Assembly: GCF_000317145.1 (NCBI RefSeq)
Contig: NC_019697.1
Coordinates: 2,606,385-2,638,384 of the forward strand
Direction: 5' to 3'
DNA from: Chamaesiphon minutus PCC 6605
GTDB taxonomy: Bacteria > Cyanobacteriota > Cyanobacteriia > Cyanobacteriales > Chamaesiphonaceae
Length of the DNA stretch: 32,000 bases
The notes beneath the pieces were generated by a model, which was not told the DNA's origin, did no database searches, and worked only from the letters and a program-made list of their open reading frames with translations. The stretch's first letter is position 1. Each line of letters opens with the position of its first letter. This document shows positions 1 to 8,658 of this stretch, in pieces. A program made the position numbers and the translations under genes.

Positions 1-1145
1 GTTTGAGAGGCGTTGGTGGCTAAAGTACTAGGCATGGGTGACATCCGCCCGCTCGATCGCCAGCCACCGTTCGTTGCGGGGATATTTGGCGCGGGCATCA
101 GGCCGTTTTTGGCTGGTTCGGGCAGTTCGCGGACGATCGAGACTTTGCCAGCTTCATTTACCGTGCGGACTTGAGTCGTCGGTTGACGACCGCGCAATAA
201 GGTATCCACCATTTCGGAGACGCTATCGTGGACGACCCAGCGATGGCGTTCGTGCATTTCGACAGCGATTTCAAAGGTGGGCGGTGCTTTGCGTTCGAGG
301 ACGGTTTTTTGGGAGGAGCGGCGGCGCGCTTCTTCGTCACCGAGGGTGACGGCTTGAATCCCGCCGATCAAATCGGAGAGAGTGGGGTTTTTGAGCAGGT
401 TTTCGAGGCGATTGCCGTGAGCGGTACCGACTAATTGGACGCCGCGTTCGGCGATCGTGCGAGCGGCTAAAGCTTCAAGCTCCGTACCGATTTCGTCGAT
501 GACGATGACTTCGGGCATGTGGTTTTCGACGGCTTCGATCATCACTTGGTGCTGAAGCTCGGGACGTGCGACTTGCATCCGTCTGGCTCGACCGATTGCC
601 GAGTGGGGAATATCACCATCGCCTGCAATCTCGTTACTCGTATCGATAATGACAACCCGTTTGCCCAATTCGTCGGCTAATACCCGCGCGATTTCCCGTA
701 GGGCGGTAGTTTTGCCCACCCCAGGACGACCCAACATCAGGATCGATTTGCCCGTTTCGACGAGATCGCGAATCATATTAATCGTGCCATAGACGGCGCG
801 ACCCACGCGACAGGTCAACCCGATAATTTCGTCTGTGCGGTTGCGCATACAGCTAATTCGGTGCAAGGTGCGCTCGATACCCGCCCGATTGTCGCCGCTA
901 AATAAGCCCAGTCGATCGACACAATGCTGAATGTCGGCTCTGGTTACTGCAACATCGCTGAGATATTCTGCTCCATCGGCAAATCTCGCCTCAGGATAAC
1001 GCCCCAGATCCATCACTACTTCAATTAGTACGCTGAGTTTAGGATGGTTTTCTAAAGCGATCCGAATCGATTCCGGCAACACCGCCAATAATTGGCTGAG
1101 GTCATCGGTAATTTGCATTCTACCCAAACTTAAATTTTCGTCCAT
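1..1145 (-). CDS. AAA-type ATPase of the Ycf45 / SpoIIIAA-like (R3H-domain) family; C-terminal part lies beyond the window start
   Basis: Absent from the ORF track because the frame is open to the window edge. Reverse-strand ATG at 1143-1145. My translation [55 protein letters not shown]... stays open to base 3. Walker [20 protein letters not shown] (~690-740), Walker [11 protein letters not shown] (~485-515). The + strand ORFs at 38..434 are shadows of it. Confidence 0.8.
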   Translation of the reverse strand, partial: MDENLSLGRMQITDDLSQLLAVLPESIRIALENHPKLSVLIEVVMDLGRYPEARFADGAEYLSDVAVTRADIQHCVDRLGLFSGDNRAGIERTLHRISCMRNRTDEIIGLTCRVGRAVYGTINMIRDLVETGKSILMLGRPGVGKTTALREIARVLADELGKRVVIIDTSNEIAGDGDIPHSAIGRARRMQVARPELQHQVMIEAVENHMPEVIVIDEIGTELEALAARTIAERGVQLVGTAHGNRLENLLKNPTLSDLIGGIQAVTLGDEEARRRSSQKTVLERKAPPTFEIAVEMHERHRWVVHDSVSEMVDTLLRGRQPTTQVRTVNEAGKVSIVRELPEPAKNGLMPAPNIPATNGGWRSSGRMSPMPSTLATNASQ

Positions 1146-1237
1146 TACGGGTTGTTATTGGTGATTTTTTGCTTGTTTCTGGCTCGCCGATTCACTCCGA
1201 GATCCTGGCATCGTTTTATCCTTGCCTAACTGCATCA

Positions 1238-2335
1238 TTAACTAAAATTATGGGCAGATTCTCCCTTCAATTGCCCGACTAGCTCTGTCGCGATCGTCAC
1301 AGCCGCAACCATTAAGTCTGAATGCGCTTCCAATCTCCCTGGATTATCGGTGCGTGCGTCCAACTTGTCCAGCAGGGGCGACAATAAGACCCGTGCGTAA
1401 CTGCCGTAAGCCACACCATGAATGTGTTTGTTGTCAGTTGGCGGCAAAAGTGCGCGTTCCCGTAGCTTGGGGACGGTGTAATGGTTGGTACCACCTGCTA
1501 GTTGCACGTAACCTGGGAGATTGGCGGCTAAGACTTTTTCACCCAATTTAATTGCGGCATGAGTCGTCCCCGCGCCGATATCCCCGCTCATCGGCCTACC
1601 ATCGGTTTGCCAAAGGAGTGTAAAGGGGAGTGGGTGAGGATCGTAAGTGGCGGAGATCGTCGCGTGGAGCGATCGCAGATACGAGATTAATTCGTCGCTA
1701 TCGGGACAACTAATCGCCAGCAATTTAAGATGGTGTGCGGCTGGTGCCAAGACGCTCCACAACTGCCGAAAGTCATCTAAATGACCCGGCTGAGTATGAA
1801 TTTCGATCGCGTCGATACCGTCCTCCGCCGTGAGATAGGGAAGGATACTACTGGGAGTTGCCGTGCGATCGTGGGTTACAATCAGTCCTAACGGACAAAT
1901 TGGCAAACAGCGACCGCAACCATAACACCGACTATCGATGACCCCCTGCTGAGTGCTAGTAAAGGCGATCGCATCAGCCGGACAAATCCGCACGCACGGA
2001 CGCGGGCAATCGATCGGACATTGGGATGGGTTGAATTCTGCTTTCCGAAAATGTGGGTCTATGCCATCATTTAAACTCACCATCAGCCACGGGATATCTA
2101 CTATTGGATCTCCCGAATCTCGATGTGCCTGGGCTAATTTGCGAGCGGTGTGGATGCCATCTTTAGCGGCGGTAATTACCGCTAAGTCGGCAGCAACATC
2201 GATACAATCAGCTCCAGCTAATGTATAGGCAATCGCGAGATTGCGGATGGCTGGTAAGTGCCCAAAGCTAGCACCACAGATGAGTTTAAACCATGTACCC
2301 CTAGTTAATGAATTTAAGGGTGAAGGATATAGCAC
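1238..2335 (-). CDS. ldpA: LdpA-like iron-sulfur protein (light-dependent period protein, circadian input)
   Basis: 365-aa ORF. N-terminus GTWFKLICGASFGHLPAIRNLAIAYTLAGADCIDVAAD plus two ferredoxin-type cluster motifs (CPIDCPRPCVRICP and CYGCGRCLPICP). This is the layout I recognise from cyanobacterial LdpA. Confidence 0.75.
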   Translation of the reverse strand: MLYPSPLNSLTRGTWFKLICGASFGHLPAIRNLAIAYTLAGADCIDVAADLAVITAAKDGIHTARKLAQAHRDSGDPIVDIPWLMVSLNDGIDPHFRKAEFNPSQCPIDCPRPCVRICPADAIAFTSTQQGVIDSRCYGCGRCLPICPLGLIVTHDRTATPSSILPYLTAEDGIDAIEIHTQPGHLDDFRQLWSVLAPAAHHLKLLAISCPDSDELISYLRSLHATISATYDPHPLPFTLLWQTDGRPMSGDIGAGTTHAAIKLGEKVLAANLPGYVQLAGGTNHYTVPKLRERALLPPTDNKHIHGVAYGSYARVLLSPLLDKLDARTDNPGRLEAHSDLMVAAVTIATELVGQLKGESAHNFS

Positions 2336-2601
2336 TAGGACTTGGATGAATTTTTTCTGACACTATTGCTAGTGGAAATTTTTAGATATACCGAGTAAAA
2401 ACATTCATGACATTCACCCTCTCTGTCCTAAGTTTGTCAGCGTGCTGATGTATGAATTATATCTAGATTTACAGGCGCATAGCTAGGAATCGCCTGGATG
2501 TTAATTTTCTGTAATGGGATCGAGATCGGTTCAGATCTGATGAGATTATAGCTCGATCGACTGCCATAACTGGCGATCTTTGTTGGGTCGAGGTTAAATA
2601 G

Positions 2602-3219
2602 CTAACGGCGTAATAATTTGCCTTTTGCTTTTGCCGATCGAATTGCCTGATAATTACTAGTGAATAACTGAATATTTGGGACAGTAGAGTAATCCATGTC
2701 GTCAGTGAGGACTTTGACTTGTCCAGGATTAGCTTTATGGATGGCTTCTAGAATAAATAGATCGTAGCCATCCAGAGCTTGGGTTTGAAAGCGAGCTAGT
2801 GCTGCATTTGTAGTATCTTCATCAACTATCAGTTCATTAATAGGTACTGCCAAAGATTGAATCTGCATCCAGGCTGTTTGGAGTAAGTTGACAACTTTAG
2901 AACGTTCGTTGGGGTGATTATGGCGAAATTCTTTGGCTGTCAGAGACAGGTTATTTCTTTTGTTGTAAATCTCACACTCAGTTCTTTCAATGACGTGGGC
3001 TAATTCTTCCAGCAGTAGCCCACAATAGGACAAGGTTGAACCATTTTGCCGAGCGGCTTTGAGATAAGCTCCATATTCTCGAATTTTTGATGAATTTTTG
3101 GCATTAGGGTAAGTTTGCCAAATCCAGACGTTAGTATCTACTAAAAATATATCCGATTGCTGTGGGCGATCGGATAAAATATCAATTACCTGAGCTTCAA
3201 CCTTGAGATCGATCGTCAT
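2602..3219 (-). CDS. PIN-domain nuclease-like protein (last gene of the four-gene operon)
   Basis: 205-aa ORF with ATG start. The four acidic PIN positions are readable: IFLVDTNVWIW (Asp), LLLEELAHVIER (Glu), LDGYDLFILEA (Asp), VLTDDMDY (Asp). Starts 3 nt after the upstream gene. AT-rich. Confidence 0.65.
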   Translation of the reverse strand: MTIDLKVEAQVIDILSDRPQQSDIFLVDTNVWIWQTYPNAKNSSKIREYGAYLKAARQNGSTLSYCGLLLEELAHVIERTECEIYNKRNNLSLTAKEFRHNHPNERSKVVNLLQTAWMQIQSLAVPINELIVDEDTTNAALARFQTQALDGYDLFILEAIHKANPGQVKVLTDDMDYSTVPNIQLFTSNYQAIRSAKAKGKLLRR

Positions 3220-3222
3220 AAT

Positions 3223-3570
3223 CTAGAAGCTGGCGGCATATTCTTCCATAACTGTATCGACAGCTTGACGATGAGCGGGATCTGAGTAGTAAGGCTTGGC
3301 GTTCTCAATGACTTGTGACAGAACGGTTTCACCGTGAGGGGATAGATTCTCAATGATAAGTTTCTCGTTGAGAGTATCAGAGGGGATATCTTGCAAAAGC
3401 TGTCCGATAGCTACGTTGAAAAATGCTGATGCAAAAACTGTGACTCTTTCAAAGTCAAGCTCTACAGTTTGTCCCGTCTGGAGTTGGGGGTGAATCAGAT
3501 CGAAGAGTTGTTGTCCGTCGTCAAACGAAATTGCATATTGTCCGGTAATTTCATAAACGATGTAACGCAT
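3223..3570 (-). CDS. Stand-alone STAS-like protein (DUF4325-like)
   Basis: 115-aa ORF. Core GQTVELDFERVTVFASAFFNVAIGQLL resembles the STAS / anti-sigma-antagonist-like DUF4325 pattern (x-LDF-x-gV-x-x-x-sFa-x-E). A GGGGAG Shine-Dalgarno-like sequence lies ~10 nt upstream of the ATG (minus strand). Confidence 0.6.
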   Translation of the reverse strand: MRYIVYEITGQYAISFDDGQQLFDLIHPQLQTGQTVELDFERVTVFASAFFNVAIGQLLQDIPSDTLNEKLIIENLSPHGETVLSQVIENAKPYYSDPAHRQAVDTVMEEYAASF

Positions 3571-3590
3571 TGCTTTTTTCTCCCCTGTTT

Positions 3591-4481
3591 CTAAAATCGT
3601 TTCTTCACCCCGCTAGTAACCTCTGATGCTAGGCAGTAATATGACTCATCGCATTTGAAGGCTATGTTTATCAGTGTTCCCTGAAAATCGAGCGTTCTTT
3701 TTTCATATATAACTTTATTATCTTTGATGTTGACGTATCCGTCATTGCTAAATATTTTCAGATTACCTCGATTGGTCGAAACGAAGTTCTGTAATGTACT
3801 CAGCCCTATCCCTCTTTTGAAGGTTTTGATGGCGGTACTGTTTCCAGGTTGAAATGCCCATTCTAGGGCTTGGGCTGAATCTAACGATTGATTTTGGGAT
3901 AGAGATCGAACGTTGTTGGCTATGCCCTGACCAAAATCAACAATCGTTAGGTGTAGCTCTTTCTTGTTGGGGTAGTTTTGCCCGCAACTGAACACACCAA
4001 GCGAGGAGTTGCTATGTTCAAAGGCATTAGCATAGATTTCCCACACACTACCAGCGATCGCACCCTGTAAGCCAGAGCTGATATTGACCCAGCTTTTTCC
4101 TAACCAATTATTTAGCAGGTATTCCATTATAGCACATTTGTTCTGGTCTAGATCTTGGCGATAAGGAATAGAATTGCCACTCCAAGGCTCTATCCCTCGA
4201 TTGAAACCGAACAAAAATCCATTTTGAGCGAGATTAGTGTGAACTTTGGGCTGTAATGTCTCCCAGTCGAAGTTTAACTGTCCGCCTTTCGAGCGAACGT
4301 GATGACTGAGTCCACCAAGAAACGCTACCCCAAGGTGACTCAGAAAGCTGCACTTTTGAAAATCAAGGGTCAAGTCTGAGGAGGTATCAAGTTTTTGGTT
4401 TACCGTGTGCCAGATCTCTAACAAGGAGTGGCAATGCTTCGATGTGTGATAGATGACGGGGATTTCGATTTTGACAGTCAT
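3591..4481 (-). CDS. GHKL (HATPase_c, RsbW/SpoIIAB-like) ATP-binding protein with an N-terminal STAS-like domain
   Basis: 296-aa ORF. N-box-like WEIYANAFEHSN, G1-like LTIVDFGQGIANNV and G2-like KRGIGLSTLQNF motifs in the C-terminal ~170 aa. The N-terminal ~100 aa (DLTLDFQKCSFLSHLGVAFLGGL ... NLAQNGFLFGF) resembles a STAS fold. Starts 13 nt after the methyltransferase stop. Confidence 0.65.
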   Translation of the reverse strand: MTVKIEIPVIYHTSKHCHSLLEIWHTVNQKLDTSSDLTLDFQKCSFLSHLGVAFLGGLSHHVRSKGGQLNFDWETLQPKVHTNLAQNGFLFGFNRGIEPWSGNSIPYRQDLDQNKCAIMEYLLNNWLGKSWVNISSGLQGAIAGSVWEIYANAFEHSNSSLGVFSCGQNYPNKKELHLTIVDFGQGIANNVRSLSQNQSLDSAQALEWAFQPGNSTAIKTFKRGIGLSTLQNFVSTNRGNLKIFSNDGYVNIKDNKVIYEKRTLDFQGTLINIAFKCDESYYCLASEVTSGVKKRF

Positions 4482-4494
4482 GTAGTCGATCTAT

Positions 4495-7400
4495 CTAAGC
4501 GGTTTGTTGTAGCTCGGCATATTGCCAGTAGGTGATGCCTGTATCCTCACGTTTAACCAGCAGCCCAAACCATTCTAGTCGATCGAGATTTTCGCCCACC
4601 GCCTCCAGTTTCTTCTGGGTATTTTTGCCTGTAAATTGGTTGGCAATCTGCACCACCGTCCATGCGCCGCTGCTGCTGCGTAACAGGTCGCGGATGGCGG
4701 CGAGTTGGTCTTTTGGTTGACTAGGCCATTTTTGCTGTTCGACGGGGGTTGTAATGGTTTCTGCTTCATCCCCAATACCTGCCAGAGTGGTTTGGGTGGA
4801 TTGCACCTGTTCGGGGGCTTGGTATTCGGGGCGGAGCCAGCGGATGTGTCCGTTGCGTTCTTCGGCGGCGCGTTCGGCGTTGAGGGCGACGAGACGTTCG
4901 AGGATGGTTTCGGTGATTTCGGTGGTGGGTTTTCCGGCTAAGTCTTGCCAACCGTAGGCGGCGAATACGGCGGTGTCTAAGTCGTCGTGGATTTGTTTGA
5001 GAGTGGAGACGAGGGCGCGATTGTTGTAAGCTCGATCGGCATCGGTAAATGGTTCGCCAGCGCGGAGTTTTTCGAGCAGGTTGTACATTCCGGTGATGGT
5101 AATGTCGGGATGGGCGGCTTGAACTTGTTTGCGATGGCTATCTAATCGATCGCCCAATTCTCGAATCTTTTGCTTTTGTTCTGGGGTAGGATCTGGAAAT
5201 GGGAAGGGGTCGAAGCAAACCGTTTTTATATATCGAGGATCGTTTCCGATACCTAGTCTACTTCCTGCCTCTGTAGCCCATAATACGTGGATTTGGCTCG
5301 ATATAACTCCAAAATGAAATCCGTTATCCAAAGCAAAAATAACAGTGGTACTATCTGCAATAGTCCGCGACATCTCAAAAGTAAAAAACCGATGCTTAGA
5401 CGTTAAAGATGTAACGATAAATCTATTGATTATTTTGATGGCTGGCCGAAAAGTATTACGGCTCTTTTCAAAAGTCCACCAGTGTTTACGTAAAGTTGGA
5501 TTATTGTTTTGTTCTCTTTCTGGCTTGACTCTATCGATTAACCACTGAAAAATCAGTGGATACTCTTCTTGGACTTTTTCGATCTCTAATCCAAACAAGT
5601 CAATTGCGTACAGATTTCGATGTTTTTGAGTAATATCTCTGCCTGATAAAAGAGGCAAAATCACACTATCTTTTGAACCTAATTCTATATTAAGTTTATT
5701 AGCCGATTCTCGATCGACTATAAAACCTTGACCTGTTGGCTGATAGCCAACACAAGCCATTCCTGAATTAGATTTCAGGGATTTGACAGAAGCTAAATCC
5801 ACATTAACAGTTAAGCTCGGCGTTATACAACCGTAATTAAAGCTAAATAATAAAGATGCTTCCTCGTTAGAATTCTTAGCTTCAGCTATTACTTCAGCTA
5901 ATGTACCAGGTTGAATCATCGTAGTAGCGGCAGTTATCGCTATACGAATAGATGCTCCATCTTGAGCATCGATCCAAGGATGATCTGGTACAGCAAAAAA
6001 TAATTTAAGCGGATTTTTCTTTGCTTCTAAATAAGATTCAATCACTCGACGGTTATATGTTTGACTTATGGAGTTTGTAGATATAAAACCAAAACGCTTG
6101 ACTTTACTCTGGTGGGTTAATTCAGCAGCTTGATTCCACCAATACATAACTAAATCTACAGAATCAGGAATACTTTTATTAATACGTCTTAATGTTTCAG
6201 TATACCCATCTCCTAGTGATTCACGCATGTTTATTTTTCCAATAAACGGCGGATTTGAGACGATATAATCTGCCTCTGGCCATTCCGCAGCCCGCGCATT
6301 AAGATACTTGTAAATAACAACTCGATCGAGTGGATCTGGCACATCCTCACCCGTCACTGGATGCTTCATCATCTTCCCACCCCAACGCGATCGCACCTCA
6401 CCCGTTTTCGGATCTAGATCTGGCTCCCGCCCGTCATAAGCCAACACCGCATCCCGACATTCGATATTCCCGAAGGCTTGGAGTACGGGTTCTGGCGGTG
6501 CGGCATTGCCATAGCGTTTGAAATACCATTGGAGATACCCGATCCAGATTACCAGCTCTGCGATCGCGGCTGCTCTAGGATTGATTTCGATGCCCAAAAA
6601 TTGCGCTGGATTCACCTGTTCCAACACATTTAATTGGACATTTCCCGCCACATCTACCAGCCGCGCGATCGCTTCTTGCTCCAACCCCTTCAATAAATCC
6701 AGCGTCACGTACAAGAAATTCCCGGTACCGCAAGCCGGATCTAAAATTCGCACCTGACGTAATTGCGTCAAAAATTGGGCGATTTCCTGCTCTGCCTTCT
6801 TCTGCTGCAACCCCGTCGGTTCCTTCCCCTCTGGAGTGACTAAAATCCGCCGTAACTCCAACTCCACCTCATCCCACTGTTGGCGCAATGGTTCCATTAC
6901 CACCGGACGCACCAACCGCTCGACATACGATCGCGGTGTATAATGTGCCCCTAAACGGCTGCGTTCCTTCTTCTCCAACGCCCGTTCTAATAACGTCCCA
7001 AAAATCGCTGGCTCTACCTGACTCCAATCCTTCGCCGCCGCTGCGTATAAGACTTCCAACTGCTCCTTGGGCAACTCAAACGCCGTCGCATCCTCAAAGA
7101 AGCTCCCATTAAACCGCAAAATCCGCTCGAAGCCGAAGGTACCACCCGTATTCATCGTTTGCCAGAGCTGTTCGATTTCGGGCTTAAATGTGTGCGGATT
7201 GGGTATCCATCGATCGCGCAATGCCTTGGTAAATACCTCCCCCTTGAGTAATTCGACATCCTCGGCAAACATCGTAAAAATGCACCGCATCAAAAAGTTC
7301 GCCGTCGCATGAGCTTCATAACCCTGCTCCTCCAACCACCGCGACAACTTCGCCAATTCCGCCGCTACTTCCCGCGTCACCCGCGCCCGATATTTCTCAG

Positions 7401-7953
7401 GGTTGAGCGATTGCGGATCTGTGAAAATTGCCACAAACCTGTCAAATATTTCCGGTTGCGCCAGATCCTTGAGATTAATCGTCTGACGCGCCCCATAACT
7501 CCCATACTCCCCGCTAAACCCTTGCCATACCTCAAAATGCGAACCAATATCGCAAGTCAGCAAAAACGGCGGTAACGACGGCAACATCCGATTATAGGCG
7601 TAAGATTTCGCCTGGTTGAATGCCTTTTGCATCTCATCCCGATAGCCCTTCGTCCCCCGTTTGCCGTGCCCTTTGCTCGAATTAGTACTCCCCTGCTTCG
7701 CCTCAATCAGAAAGTGAGATTCCTTGTAGAAGTCCGCAAATCGCGTCGTCTCAGCCTTCTCACTGAAAAATTTGATGTTTTTGTCAAAACAGTATCGATC
7801 GCCTTCCTCACTGCCTTTTGGGGGTGGTGCTGGCACATTTAGAGCCACACACAAATCGCCAAAAAAGGTTTGATAATTTGCCCGCTCGTTCCCTTCCGAA
7901 CCCAACCATTTATTTAGGAAGTCTGCAACTCGTTGGCGATCGACATCATTCAT
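4495..7953 (-). CDS. MmeI-family (type IIL/IIG) fused restriction endonuclease - N6-adenine DNA methyltransferase - specificity protein
   Basis: 1152-aa ORF. N-terminal D-x9-E-x-K nuclease motif (FADFYKESHFLIEAK, aa 74-86), GAHYTPRSYVERLVRP linker motif, SAM motif I ILDPACGTGNFLY and catalytic motif IV VSNPPFIGK (DNA ~6243-6254). These are followed by a target-recognition region, FGVISSQIHVLWA...FDPFPFP, and a ~240-aa C-terminal extension. Confidence 0.85.
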   Translation of the reverse strand: MNDVDRQRVADFLNKWLGSEGNERANYQTFFGDLCVALNVPAPPPKGSEEGDRYCFDKNIKFFSEKAETTRFADFYKESHFLIEAKQGSTNSSKGHGKRGTKGYRDEMQKAFNQAKSYAYNRMLPSLPPFLLTCDIGSHFEVWQGFSGEYGSYGARQTINLKDLAQPEIFDRFVAIFTDPQSLNPEKYRARVTREVAAELAKLSRWLEEQGYEAHATANFLMRCIFTMFAEDVELLKGEVFTKALRDRWIPNPHTFKPEIEQLWQTMNTGGTFGFERILRFNGSFFEDATAFELPKEQLEVLYAAAAKDWSQVEPAIFGTLLERALEKKERSRLGAHYTPRSYVERLVRPVVMEPLRQQWDEVELELRRILVTPEGKEPTGLQQKKAEQEIAQFLTQLRQVRILDPACGTGNFLYVTLDLLKGLEQEAIARLVDVAGNVQLNVLEQVNPAQFLGIEINPRAAAIAELVIWIGYLQWYFKRYGNAAPPEPVLQAFGNIECRDAVLAYDGREPDLDPKTGEVRSRWGGKMMKHPVTGEDVPDPLDRVVIYKYLNARAAEWPEADYIVSNPPFIGKINMRESLGDGYTETLRRINKSIPDSVDLVMYWWNQAAELTHQSKVKRFGFISTNSISQTYNRRVIESYLEAKKNPLKLFFAVPDHPWIDAQDGASIRIAITAATTMIQPGTLAEVIAEAKNSNEEASLLFSFNYGCITPSLTVNVDLASVKSLKSNSGMACVGYQPTGQGFIVDRESANKLNIELGSKDSVILPLLSGRDITQKHRNLYAIDLFGLEIEKVQEEYPLIFQWLIDRVKPEREQNNNPTLRKHWWTFEKSRNTFRPAIKIINRFIVTSLTSKHRFFTFEMSRTIADSTTVIFALDNGFHFGVISSQIHVLWATEAGSRLGIGNDPRYIKTVCFDPFPFPDPTPEQKQKIRELGDRLDSHRKQVQAAHPDITITGMYNLLEKLRAGEPFTDADRAYNNRALVSTLKQIHDDLDTAVFAAYGWQDLAGKPTTEITETILERLVALNAERAAEERNGHIRWLRPEYQAPEQVQSTQTTLAGIGDEAETITTPVEQQKWPSQPKDQLAAIRDLLRSSSGAWTVVQIANQFTGKNTQKKLEAVGENLDRLEWFGLLVKREDTGITYWQYAELQQTA

Positions 7954-7992
7954 GCAAGTTCGAGCCTAGTGAAAAAGGGGTCTAGCTGAGAT

Positions 7993-8020
7993 ATCTTACC
8001 TTTAAGTAACTTAGATTGAA
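7993..8020 (-). promoter_or_regulatory. Candidate sigma70-type promoter of the four-gene operon (TTCAAT-N16-TAAGAT on the minus strand)
   Basis: Minus strand reads GCTTTCAATCTAAGTTACTTAAAGGTAAGATAT. The -35-like hexamer is at 8015-8020 and the -10-like hexamer at 7993-7998, ~40 nt upstream of the ATG at 7953. Sequence pattern only. Confidence 0.25.
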
Positions 8021-8092
8021 AGCGATCGATAATTTTTCGATAAGTAGCTGGGCGCAAATATTTATTAGATGGAGATTGCCAGAAACCTATGT

Positions 8093-8109
8093 GGTGGGCA
8101 GTGCCCACC
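8093..8109. other. 17-nt near-perfect palindrome GGTGGGCA-G-TGCCCACC
   Basis: 8-nt arms around a single central base, located between the arsR-family stop (8178) and the operon promoter region. It could be a hairpin or a protein-binding site. Confidence 0.4.
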
Positions 8110-8177
8110 CTACTACTGACTTGTCGCAAATTTGGTCGAGGATGGAGACGATCGATTATTGCAAGCTCGATCGATAT

Positions 8178-8492
8178 CTATGCCAGAGTATTAATTGGCG
8201 CGTGCAAAACTACTGCTAATAATCCTGGAAATAGTCTGTTGAGATCGTCAGAGCGGAGGGTGTTGATATGTTGAGTACCTTCTTTGCGGGTGAATACCAG
8301 TCCCGATTCGCGCAAAATCTTGAAATGATGGGACATGGTGGATTTAGCAACAGCGCAGTCTAGATCCGAGCAAGTTAATTCCCCCGTCTGGGCTAGTCGG
8401 TGGACGATCTGCAATCGCACGGGATCGCCTAATGCGTATAGCACGCCGACAAGAGTAATATCTTCAGCTTGGGGATGATAGAAGGGTCGCAT
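8178..8492 (-). CDS. ArsR/SmtB-family winged-helix transcriptional regulator
   Basis: 104-aa ORF. LYALGDPVRLQIVHRLAQTGELTCSDL...STMSHHFKILRESGLV is the typical ArsR-family HTH region. Divergent from the oxidoreductase gene at 8730. Confidence 0.8.
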   Translation of the reverse strand: MRPFYHPQAEDITLVGVLYALGDPVRLQIVHRLAQTGELTCSDLDCAVAKSTMSHHFKILRESGLVFTRKEGTQHINTLRSDDLNRLFPGLLAVVLHAPINTLA

Positions 8493-8505
8493 GGTATGGA
8501 GATAG

Positions 8506-8526
8506 AGCGGGGAGCGGGGAGCGGGG
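8506..8526. repeat. Tandem heptamer AGCGGGG x3 (CCCCGCT x3 in the arsR-family leader)
   Basis: Three exact tandem units at 8506-8512, 8513-8519 and 8520-8526, followed by GG. They lie 14-36 nt upstream of the minus-strand ATG at 8492. Confidence 0.9.
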
Positions 8527-8658
8527 GGAAGAGATGATTTGTCCGATATTCAAGAAATTCTCCAAAAGAGACCTTCAGGATGATGTCTCCTTTTGGTTCA
8601 AAACTAACATCGACACTGCCCTACTTGCATTATGCCATGTAAGTTGATATAGTTTGTT

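Noticed and set aside
38-434. Three track ORFs (38..349 +, 158..340 -, 228..434 +)
   Set aside because: They lie inside the much longer minus-strand frame (1-1145), which carries clear Walker A/B motifs. Their Arg/Gly-rich translations look like shadow frames of a GC-rich gene.
4532-7842. More than a dozen 60-90-aa ORFs on the + strand and in alternative minus frames within the methyltransferase gene
   Set aside because: All are nested in the 1152-aa ORF, have low-complexity Pro/Arg/Ser-rich translations and no recognisable motifs. They are antisense or shadow ORFs.
2336-8177. Calling the operon region a discrete mobile element or genomic island with defined ends
   Set aside because: There is no integrase, transposase, flanking tRNA or direct repeats that I could identify at 2336-2601 versus 7954-8177. 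Only the compositional evidence is reported.
8016-8274. Two + strand ORFs (8016..8219, 8089..8274)
   Set aside because: One overlaps the 3' end of the arsR-family gene and both cross the palindrome and promoter region. There are no motifs, so they are likely spurious.
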